A stretch of DNA of 44,276 nt. It comes from Myxococcota bacterium (GTDB lineage: Bacteria > Myxococcota_A > UBA796 > GCA-2862545). Of this stretch, positions 16,201 to 23,478 are shown in pieces; within the stretch, counting starts at the first letter, position 1; the number at the start of each line of letters is the position of its first letter. Both the position numbers and the translations under genes were made by a program. The stretch lies in contig JBCCQY010000064.1 in NCBI GenBank assembly GCA_039208735.1, positions 1 to 44,276 on the forward strand. Direction: 5' to 3'. Under the pieces are notes generated by a model, which searched no databases, had not been told where the DNA came from, and saw only the letters and a list, made by a program, of their open reading frames with translations.

Positions 16201-18684
16201 CAAAAGCACATGGAATCGGTCATCGATTGGAACGGTACCGAGGTGTACTACCGCGATGGCCAGATCTTGAATCCGCGCCATTCCGATGGCTCGTATGCGC
16301 CGATGCCCGAGGGGTTTCGTGCGCCGTGGAAGGGCGATGATGGCAGCATCATTGGCCACAGCCGATTCCGCAACGGGATGCCCGATCACAAGGGCCATCC
16401 CGGGAGTCGAGCTAGCGAAGAAGCTGTGTTGGTCAACGGAAAAGCCATTCCTAAGGATGCGGTCGACGACCTTTCGGCATCGGGAATGCGCGACACGCGG
16501 GATTCTCCGCTCGACGCGGACGACTTTCCCACGCCCGAGCTGGCGTTCAAGGGCGATCCTGCGAGGATGGATGCGGGCCGGATTCGTGGGTTTGCCGACA
16601 CCCAAGCCCAAGGGACTCAGAAGGCGCTGGATCAGATGAACGCCCGCCTCGATGAGGGGACGGATCCCGTCGATGCGGTGCGGCTTCTCGAGCAAGACCT
16701 GCGGGATTGGCGCTATGGCTTGCAGGCAGGAAAGGAGGGGTCACACAAACTCAAGGACCCCATTCCCGCCAACGATCCCAACCGCGATCCCTTCGGAGAT
16801 GCCGCCTACTGGGGCGCCGACATGACGCGGGACCGGGGCCAGCGGCGCGTCATCGGTGAACTCATCGAAAAACGCTTTGCCCATCATTCGGGCGATGGGA
16901 CCACCGATGTCCTGCTGCCCCCCGTGGGCGACAAGCCCGCGACGACGTTCAAGGCTCCCGCGGGTGACGTGATTCAGAACCGGGTTCAGCTGCCCGACGG
17001 TCGCCTGGTCGATGGAAACAAGCTGCTGCGGGGAGATGCGGTTGAAGGCATCCGTCAATTCCGGGCGGACAACGGAAAGAGCTCCTACAACTATTGGGAC
17101 CCGAAACAGCGCTACATCGCCGAGACGGGAGCCCCAAAGGCCCGGGCGGAGATTCACGAGGCGGGCGTCGAGGAGCTAGGGCGCCTGATTCGCATGTCGG
17201 ACTCGATGGCCGACAATCCGTCCGCGATTCTGGAGGCCAAGCACGACTTCGCCAATGCGGCGTATTTGCTGTTTCAATCCCCCATGATCAACCGAGGCAC
17301 AGACGCCACCACCCGCATGATGCTCGTGGCGACCTACAAACGCATTTTCCGTCATGCGCCCAAGCTGCCTCAAGACATCGACATTCAGGCGTATGCACGG
17401 AGTCAGGACGACTTCATTGCCTGGCTGCTGCGGAACATCGAAGCCGACGTGCCGCGTCCTCGTTCGTCGCCGGGGTCGCGCGCCATCACCAACGGAGAGC
17501 CGGGGCTTAGGGCTGCGTTGGGGGATGACGTAGTCGATGCGATGTCGACCCCGGTAAAGAACGCACTGATGTCGCTCGACGATGCGGCGGTTGCCGCTCT
17601 CAAGGGGTCGGACGCGACCCGGCTGGCTCGCATCGGCGAGATGATCCACGCGGGTCACACCGTAGAAGTCGTCTCGGACAAGCTGATTCGTGTCGCCGGC
17701 AACGACATCAAGCTGGTGGACCTCGATCGGATGGCCGAGGTGAGGTTCCGGCACTTCATGGACGGCGGTGAAGTGCCCGTTCCCACCCGGCGACGGTTGG
17801 GGGGACCGGTCAAGAAGAAGGTTGGCGAACACTACGAAGCCCAGAAGGCCAAGGTGGCAGTTCGGGCGCATCGTCAGGTCAAAATCGTGATGTTCGAGGT
17901 TCCGCCGCAAACCCATCCGGACTGGCCGAAGTACCGGGCCTCACAGGCCTCGGCGGAACAGAAGATCAAAGCCTTCGAACAAATGGGGCTGGAGCCCGAG
18001 TTGGTGATCTTGGACCGCGACATCGGCCAAGGCGACTTTGAACGTCAGCTTGATGCGTTCAATGCCAGTGACGACGTTGTGGGCGTCATTGTCCAGCTCC
18101 CAACCCCGGGGCCGCTCAAGGGTTCAGTGGGGCGAATTGCGCCAACCAAGGACCTCGATGCGCTTAGTGCCGATCCAGCCCGACCCCACGCCTACCCCGC
18201 GACCTCCGAAGGCGTGGTGAGGATGGCGATGCCGTTTTTGAACGCGGGCGACACCGTAGCGGTGGTCGGTGGCAAAGGGTTTGTGGGCGAAGGCGTGGTC
18301 AAGATGCTGGAGGCCCAAGGGTTCAACGTCAAGATCTTCGATCAGGGCGATGATCTGAGGGGACTGTTGCAGTGCGATGTCGTACTTTCGGCCGTCGGCA
18401 AGCAGGTCATCGAGCCCCAGCATCTCAAGATCCTGCACAAGATCGTGGTCGACACGGGGTTCGTCCCCGTCAACATCGTCGATGGCAAGTTGCAGGTGAC
18501 GAGCGACATATCGCCAGACGCAGTCGGCATTTCCGAGAACATCACCCCGGTCCCGGGCGGGACGGGCCCGGTCGAGATGGCGGTCTTGATGGAGCGAATG
18601 GCCAAGATGCTGGGCATTGACAACTCGACGTGGAGGGCGTCGGTCAACGATGAGGGCAAATTGGAGGTCACGTTTGACCCATGA
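13201..18684 (+). CDS. Large multi-domain polymorphic-toxin-like protein: acidic/Pro-Gly N-terminus, helical stalk, hydrophobic segment, then JAB-like, AvrB/Fido-like and FolD-like modules
   Basis: Uninterrupted 1827-aa ORF. Hydrophobic Gly/Ala-rich helices at about 15215-15680. E..HTHP..D at 16027-16185. QSPMINRGTDA..DIQAY..QDDF at about 17275-17420. FolD motifs VIVQLP, KDLDA, VVDTG and ITPVPGGTGP at about 17790-18620. Confidence 0.88.
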   Translation: MLKHRRNQGHLQSETREAVNAPDLGSTAGSSNGEFAEWVGQGDLEDDALESEPWWAQSVEAETSTETVIDDPAPEVDGDQALTEVIPDHGGDGDGGAEDDETGGAGDSGGGGAPGGDPVEPPPADPGGGGAPAPLDPGGDGGSTAEPPPIPVGAAVAMASVGVTFRPAAFEPPAVASMRVASAAILTRFLTDNALQVEALAVRGEEVGAQIDASVQIAASAIDAAIAAQVSLVRQEIGNARATTEEQAQGLRTHIAAEQEGAKVNLSANVEAARQEVATAFDAAVVVVNEKAMVHRGKVEGSYATSAEVIRGMGPEFGEKATALGSRRAKGYRDQKNGESNWQDGPIHDNRMEASAKAAEQVGKQYSEGLSKEGEGQATALLEGRTRDHELGDSISTQLEGMLDEQRTTATDTLTDSEVEGHKAVDQTSTALTGSVDARAEGCLAELATYEATLPQQVEDYGARQRDALVGQATDARVAMTQGIAEAVTTLTEVLGLVQASFNGHEAPDPLTLSADLATAQAELDAQLILAHEQVNTGLASALEAIGDGESTTVGRIEELADTSTTHAQGLGERFEEWASQLFEGTTKTLGTVVEEHRKSVEAVRDNAKTGLLDAASGAEAVFGEVHGQLDSQLDASQGALREGLQGALDKEDSDITEHAKQAAAQVQPRWKTVLKVVLVIAVLVVVALVAGPLVIGAVGSLATALGASAAASSVIAAVVGGAIVGAGAGAVIQMGNNLIDGKSLFDGVVKAMIVGAIGGAFGGAGAAYATGFSSAAARFFIELGIDGIGGVVGDLVVGNPITLQSILIGMGIGVAMGQAVRVAGILRPKVKADADVDPNVRPEVDPPAVRPEGEVPTNTRHIDEPSARTDDVDATTGRAMADGPRMEVEAHTIQGRTETVRFRDLSGRAQGLVRKLETDGAIRIDSIEPDDLIAISKFLNREVAVVQHVDSQQMRVVVGTGRTIPASVVKPGEVYISHTHPTYTSTRDHFTTDLANTQGQKHMESVIDWNGTEVYYRDGQILNPRHSDGSYAPMPEGFRAPWKGDDGSIIGHSRFRNGMPDHKGHPGSRASEEAVLVNGKAIPKDAVDDLSASGMRDTRDSPLDADDFPTPELAFKGDPARMDAGRIRGFADTQAQGTQKALDQMNARLDEGTDPVDAVRLLEQDLRDWRYGLQAGKEGSHKLKDPIPANDPNRDPFGDAAYWGADMTRDRGQRRVIGELIEKRFAHHSGDGTTDVLLPPVGDKPATTFKAPAGDVIQNRVQLPDGRLVDGNKLLRGDAVEGIRQFRADNGKSSYNYWDPKQRYIAETGAPKARAEIHEAGVEELGRLIRMSDSMADNPSAILEAKHDFANAAYLLFQSPMINRGTDATTRMMLVATYKRIFRHAPKLPQDIDIQAYARSQDDFIAWLLRNIEADVPRPRSSPGSRAITNGEPGLRAALGDDVVDAMSTPVKNALMSLDDAAVAALKGSDATRLARIGEMIHAGHTVEVVSDKLIRVAGNDIKLVDLDRMAEVRFRHFMDGGEVPVPTRRRLGGPVKKKVGEHYEAQKAKVAVRAHRQVKIVMFEVPPQTHPDWPKYRASQASAEQKIKAFEQMGLEPELVILDRDIGQGDFERQLDAFNASDDVVGVIVQLPTPGPLKGSVGRIAPTKDLDALSADPARPHAYPATSEGVVRMAMPFLNAGDTVAVVGGKGFVGEGVVKMLEAQGFNVKIFDQGDDLRGLLQCDVVLSAVGKQVIEPQHLKILHKIVVDTGFVPVNIVDGKLQVTSDISPDAVGISENITPVPGGTGPVEMAVLMERMAKMLGIDNSTWRASVNDEGKLEVTFDP

Positions 18685-19204
18685 ACGCGCCTTTGAACCC
18701 CTCATTACGGACGAAGTCACCCAATTGCGGGGCGTGGTGGCGTGGTCCCACCGAACCCGGACGGCACGTCGCCCCGATGAGGGCGGGCCCAACCGCAATG
18801 AAGCTCATGCATTGGTGCGATTCTTGTCATGGAACGGTGATGCGCACCGCGTCGCCGTTGTGAGCGAGCTGCAGACGAGCCCGGAGGGGCTCTACGTCAC
18901 CGAGGATCTGCCGGGCGTCATCGAAGCGGCGAAAGATTGGGTCGCCGGTCTGCTTGTCACGCCTCTTGACCGGTTCGTCTGGCTCATTCACCATGGGCCC
19001 TTTTCGGCGATCGGCGCGTTGCAACAGGAAGAGTTCACGGAAATGGGCGTCACGTGGCACGACGGCCGCCCTCAACCCGTCGCAGTCGACGACCGCCACA
19101 GACTCAAGGGAGCCGCCCTTCAAGACCGGTTGCGAGACGCCCCTCTTGAGCCCGTCCTCACCGTGCTTTCGCGGCTGGGAGCGCCGCTGCCGAAGGAATG
19201 GTGA
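18674..19204 (+). CDS. Candidate immunity/partner protein for the upstream toxin-like gene
   Basis: GGAGG at 18663-18667 and TTG start at 18674 overlap the toxin stop (18682-18684). 176-aa soluble protein with VVSEL and VWLIHHGPFS motifs. The function is inferred from position only. Confidence 0.7.
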   Translation: MTHERAFEPLITDEVTQLRGVVAWSHRTRTARRPDEGGPNRNEAHALVRFLSWNGDAHRVAVVSELQTSPEGLYVTEDLPGVIEAAKDWVAGLLVTPLDRFVWLIHHGPFSAIGALQQEEFTEMGVTWHDGRPQPVAVDDRHRLKGAALQDRLRDAPLEPVLTVLSRLGAPLPKEW

Positions 19205-19211
19205 GGGCCCG

Positions 19212-19487
19212 TCAGGTAGCCGAGGCGGAAAGCCAAACAAAGGCCAAGCCACCACGCACAATGCCACCATGGCCCCGGACCAGAGCATGCTGCGCAGGTA
19301 AGGGATGCTCGACGTGGTTGCGCACGGTTCGCTGAAGGCGCGCCCCCGCTGCGTTCACCTCTTGCCCATCACGATTCCCCAGCGTCCAAGGGATGCCCAT
19401 TGCGACGTCGTGGTGAAGCTGCTGTACGAAAATCAAAAGGAAGAGCAGGCCTGCGTTCACCGCTACCGCGACCAGTTCGACCGACAT
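19212..19487 (-). pseudogene. MAPEG family pseudogene with internal deletion and frameshift
   Basis: The N-terminal part (LGNRD..ARLQRTVRNHVE) joins at about 19307, in another frame, to the typical C-terminal helix IPYLRSMLWSG. The middle helices are missing. Confidence 0.7.
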
Positions 19488-19627
19488 GAGACCCTCCGAA
19501 CGAAGACCTCCCGAAGGTAGGCTGCGCCTTGCGTTTCGAGAATGGCCGGTCCGGTGGACACTGCGTGTCGAATCGTGGCCCTACCGCTGGGACGCCGCCC
19601 TGGCTAGGACCGGAGGGCGAGGGAGCC

Positions 19628-19954
19628 ATGGTCAACCCCTACGAATCCACCGAGATTCCACCTTCCGAGGGCCTGGGAAGCTTCATTGGGGGGGGATTGA
19701 TCGGGCTCATCGCATGGGTTCCGATGGTCTTCATCATTGGCCTGATCGGCTATGTGTTCGATCTCGATGGCGGCGACTTTTCGGCCGGCTTTTTCAGCGT
19801 CTTCATTCCGGGCATCATCCAGTTGCCTCTGGTGGCGGTGGTGTGGTGGCGCACCCGAGGTGCCGTGCGGCGAGGTCTCGCGGTAGGAGCCGGCATCGTG
19901 GCCTTCATCAACGCAAGTTGTTGGGGCGTCCTTGTCTTGCCGCAGACGTTTTGA
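19628..19954 (+). CDS. Small membrane protein (3 TM)
   Basis: 108 aa from ATG 19628 (upstream GAGGGAG), three hydrophobic segments, N-terminal NPY motif. Its stop overlaps the next start (TTGA). Confidence 0.75.
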   Translation: MVNPYESTEIPPSEGLGSFIGGGLIGLIAWVPMVFIIGLIGYVFDLDGGDFSAGFFSVFIPGIIQLPLVAVVWWRTRGAVRRGLAVGAGIVAFINASCWGVLVLPQTF

Positions 19955-20676
19955 GCCCGCGATTGGAGCCCCAACTCCACCCCTGGTGGCCGTTTTCAAT
20001 CCACCCGCACTTCATGTTCGAGGCACTTGGCTGGCTTACGGGAGCCCTCGTTGCGTTTGCCCTAAGGCCCAAGGAGGACCCCGCGGGAGGGCCCGTCCAG
20101 CGGCAACAGGTGCTGGTGGGCGCGGTGCTCGGCGGATTGGTTGGAGCCAAGGGGCTCTTCGCGTTGACAGACCCCGCTATCCTCGCAGACCCGACCCAGT
20201 GGCTTGCGGGCAAGAGTGTCGTGGGGGCCTTGCTGGGAGGATGGGTCGGGGTCGAGGTGGCGAAGCAGCAAGCGGGCATCGTATCTCGAACTGGGGATCG
20301 GTTCGTCTGGCCATTGGCCATCGGAATTGCCGTAGGCCGACTCGGTTGCTTCTTTTCCGGCGTGGATGACGGTACGCACGGCATCGTCACCGCGTCCCCC
20401 TTCGGCATGGACCTGGGAGATGGGCAACTCCGTCACCCCACGGCGCTGTACGAGATTCCGGCTGTGGTTGGGCTCGCCGCCCTGGCGCACGCGCGGCCAG
20501 GTCCGCCAGGAGCGGTGTTTCGGCGTTGGCTCGGCGGCTACCTTGCGTGGCGACTTCTCACCGAGCCGTTGAAGACCCAACCGATCGTTGGAGCGGGCCT
20601 GACCACCATTCAATGGGCCTGTGGGTTTGGACTGGCCGCGCTGTTCATCGAGGCGGCTATGCGGAGGGAACGGTGA
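19951..20676 (+). CDS. Prolipoprotein diacylglyceryl transferase (Lgt)-like membrane protein
   Basis: GKSVVGALLGG, GRLGCF, RHPTALYE and RLLTEPLK motifs. It lacks the canonical Lgt signature region, so it is probably a paralogue rather than housekeeping lgt. Start uncertain. Confidence 0.85.
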   Translation: MSPRLEPQLHPWWPFSIHPHFMFEALGWLTGALVAFALRPKEDPAGGPVQRQQVLVGAVLGGLVGAKGLFALTDPAILADPTQWLAGKSVVGALLGGWVGVEVAKQQAGIVSRTGDRFVWPLAIGIAVGRLGCFFSGVDDGTHGIVTASPFGMDLGDGQLRHPTALYEIPAVVGLAALAHARPGPPGAVFRRWLGGYLAWRLLTEPLKTQPIVGAGLTTIQWACGFGLAALFIEAAMRRER

Positions 20677-22079
20677 CGCGAGCTACGAGATCCGGGGTGT
20701 TCTACGACATTGCCCGGGGCGTTTGTCCGACCTGCTACCGCCGTTGCGATGGCGTCATCGAAATCCATGGCAACGACGTTTGGCTGATCCTTCGATGTCC
20801 AGAGCATGGGGAACATCGAGGGCTTCTCGCAGATGACGCCGACTACTGGCGGAATGCTCGGGAACAGTGGCTCAAGCCTCCCGAACTCCCTCACAAGTTT
20901 GCCAGCGAGGTCCGCTGGGGCTGCCCCTGGGATTGCGGGCTTTGCACCGACCATCGACAGCACAGTTGCCTCACCTTGATCGAAATCAACGAAGCGTGCA
21001 ACCTGACGTGTCCAGTGTGCTTTGCGAACTCGGGGACCCATCGGACCACCCATCGTCCCCTCGCCGAGGTGGAAGCCATGTTGGACGCCGCCGTCGCCGC
21101 GGAAGGCGAGCCCGATGTGGTGCAGATTTCAGGCGGCGAGCCAACCCTGCATCCACAGCTCTTCGAGATTTTGGACGCGGCGCGGCAACGACCCATCCGC
21201 CACCTCATGATCAATACGAACAGCCTGCGTATTGCTTCAGAAGAGGGGTTCGCGGAACGCCTGGCGGGCTACATGCCCGGGTTCGAGGTCTACCTGCAGT
21301 GCGACAGCCTGCGGGACGACCGGCTCATGGTGCTTCGAGGGGCGCGCCTCGCCGATGTCCATGAGCGCGCGTTGGAGCGACTGGAGGCGGCCGGGGTCTC
21401 CACGACGCTCGTGGCCACCATCGCCGAAGGCGTCAACGACGATGAGATCGGGGACTTGGTGTCGTACGCGCTGCGGTGGTCGTGTGTGCGCGGGGTGACG
21501 TTGCAGCCGGTCCAGCGCGCAGGAAGGGTTCCTAAGGAGGAGGGAGGGCGCCCCATTCCGCTGACCGGCGTGCGACGACGGTTGCTCGAACAGCACGATC
21601 TGTTTGAGCCCGAAGACGTCGTCCCCGTGCCGTGCCACCCGTCGGCGTTGGCCATGGCTTACGCGCTGCGCACGCCCGATGGCGGGGCCGTACCGCTGAC
21701 CGGGTTGCTCGACCGGGAGCGATTGATCGACGCAGCGGGCAACACGATTGCGTTCGAACGTCTGCCTGAAGCTCGCGAAGCGGTAGCTGGGGCGTTTTCT
21801 GCGGCCCTGTCCCCCGCTTCGCGTGCGGATCGGTTGGGGCGACTGCTCTGTTGCCTTCCCGCGTTGGATGCGCCGGACTTGACCTATCGCGATGTCTTCC
21901 GGGTGTTGATCGTTCGGTTCGCAGATGCCTGGGACCTCGAATTGCGCTCGCTGAAGCAGAGTTGCATCGCGTTTGCGCAACCCGATGGCCGGATGATTCC
22001 CTTCGAGACCTACAACCTCTTCTACCGCCAGGGGCTTACCGATCGATTGGTCCAGGGCCGTGCCGACGCGCGGCGTTGA
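20673..22079 (+). CDS. Radical SAM enzyme of the MJ0619/Tes (COG1964) family
   Basis: N-terminal CPTC..CPEH, CPWDCGLCTDHRQHSC, radical SAM CNLTCPVC, SGGEPT and C-terminal DGRMIPFETYN. GTG start overlaps the upstream stop (GTGA). Confidence 0.9.
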   Translation: MTRATRSGVFYDIARGVCPTCYRRCDGVIEIHGNDVWLILRCPEHGEHRGLLADDADYWRNAREQWLKPPELPHKFASEVRWGCPWDCGLCTDHRQHSCLTLIEINEACNLTCPVCFANSGTHRTTHRPLAEVEAMLDAAVAAEGEPDVVQISGGEPTLHPQLFEILDAARQRPIRHLMINTNSLRIASEEGFAERLAGYMPGFEVYLQCDSLRDDRLMVLRGARLADVHERALERLEAAGVSTTLVATIAEGVNDDEIGDLVSYALRWSCVRGVTLQPVQRAGRVPKEEGGRPIPLTGVRRRLLEQHDLFEPEDVVPVPCHPSALAMAYALRTPDGGAVPLTGLLDRERLIDAAGNTIAFERLPEAREAVAGAFSAALSPASRADRLGRLLCCLPALDAPDLTYRDVFRVLIVRFADAWDLELRSLKQSCIAFAQPDGRMIPFETYNLFYRQGLTDRLVQGRADARR

Positions 22080-22080
22080 A

Positions 22081-23259
22081 TCAAATCTCGACGGTGCGGG
22101 CGTAGTAATCGCGGTCCAAGCGACGGGTCTGCACCGCCGGATCGTCGATGGTGAGGGTCAGTCGAACGGAGCCCCGAAAGCGGTTGGGCAAGGTGATGGA
22201 CCATAGGGCCCACGTGTCGGCTGTGTCTTCGTCGCAGGGCTCGACGAGGCCCAGGTCTTCGCCATTCGCCCATAAGCGAGGCACCGGACGTGGTTCCGTC
22301 CCTCCCCAGACCAACCCGATGACCCGCACCCGGCGTCGTCCGTCAACGTCCCACACCTCGACGCGGACCGGCGTAGCCGCGACATCGTTGACCGCTGGCG
22401 TAAAGTCCCTCGCGAGGTCATGCACCGCGGTCTGCTCGGTGCGTTGGGCAAACTCCTGCATCTGCGACGTTGCGGGGCTGTCCGCAGGGACCCAACGGAT
22501 CGACTCCACCCATTTGATGCACGTACATCCGTACCACCCGGGCACCATCAAGCGCACGGGCGCACCATGGTCTTCCGAGAGCGGTTCGTCGCCAATGTGG
22601 GTTGCCACAAACGCGTTGGTGAGGTCTTCGGGGCGAAAGATCCACGCTGCGCCGGGGGTGGAGCTGCCCTCAGGAGGGGGATGCTCGTCGTATCCCGCCA
22701 CTTCGATCAGTCCTCCGTCCAAGGCTGAAACCTGGTCGAGAAACCATGAGATCGGCACGCCTGCCCACACGACGGCGCCCTGGAGACCGTACCCTCCGAA
22801 ATCGGTGTTGCCCGAGCACTCCATGTGCACCGCGCCGCGGTCCGCGGTTTCGGTCAGGATCGCATCGACGGGCACGTCGACCGCATCACCGTCGCCTTCG
22901 ACTCGAACCGACCAGCCCGCCGCGATGCGGTCCGCCAATCCGATGGGCGCCTCCGTCCGTACGAACAGACGCGCTTGGTCCAACACAAGGTCTTCCGTGC
23001 TGAGTTTCGTAAGGTCGAGAACCCACCGGGCGTCGAGGCCGGCTCCGGTCTTGGCTTCCAGCGTCCGCTCCCGTTCGCCCACGAACGGAGCCACGCGTTC
23101 AAGGATGCCTCCGTCAAGGCTTCCCAGACACCGGTCGAGGACGTTCGAGCCGGAGGGACCGGTGTCTCCCGACGCCTGGTTCATGGACGGGTCTCCTCCG
23201 CAGGCGAGTGCGGTGGCGGTGGCCGAGACAAGCAGGTCGCGTCGGGAGGGGTGCGCCAT
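22081..23259 (-). CDS. Molybdopterin-dependent oxidoreductase (sulfite oxidase family), Tat-exported lipoprotein
   Basis: Tat signal SRRDLL with lipobox ALAC, Mo-ligand motif MECSGN, and HGAPVRLMVPGWYGCTCIKWV. Start placed at ATG 23259. Confidence 0.9.
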   Translation of the reverse strand: MAHPSRRDLLVSATATALACGGDPSMNQASGDTGPSGSNVLDRCLGSLDGGILERVAPFVGERERTLEAKTGAGLDARWVLDLTKLSTEDLVLDQARLFVRTEAPIGLADRIAAGWSVRVEGDGDAVDVPVDAILTETADRGAVHMECSGNTDFGGYGLQGAVVWAGVPISWFLDQVSALDGGLIEVAGYDEHPPPEGSSTPGAAWIFRPEDLTNAFVATHIGDEPLSEDHGAPVRLMVPGWYGCTCIKWVESIRWVPADSPATSQMQEFAQRTEQTAVHDLARDFTPAVNDVAATPVRVEVWDVDGRRRVRVIGLVWGGTEPRPVPRLWANGEDLGLVEPCDEDTADTWALWSITLPNRFRGSVRLTLTIDDPAVQTRRLDRDYYARTVEI

Positions 23260-23478
23260 TCGAATCTCCGTGGTGTGTGCATGGTGTGTCGCCACGGGGC
23301 CCTTCGTCAATGTTGAATGACCGGCCGGGTGGCTGGCGGTAGGCTCCGCGCGATGCCATTGCGAGCACACGGAACCGCCCAACCCGGTGGAGGCGTCACG
23401 GACGCGTAAGCCGAAGCGTTCCCCAAGACCGCTGCACGCGGTATCTCTGTTCGTTGCCAGGAGGGGAGGTCTTCGCAC

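Noticed and set aside
17790..18684. Calling this a housekeeping folD gene
   Set aside because: It is fused in frame to a 1500-aa non-metabolic protein, key motifs diverge, and no folate genes are adjacent. No gene symbol assigned.
19951..20676. Calling this the housekeeping lgt
   Set aside because: It is short, lacks the canonical signature region and is coupled to a radical SAM gene. Treated as Lgt-like.
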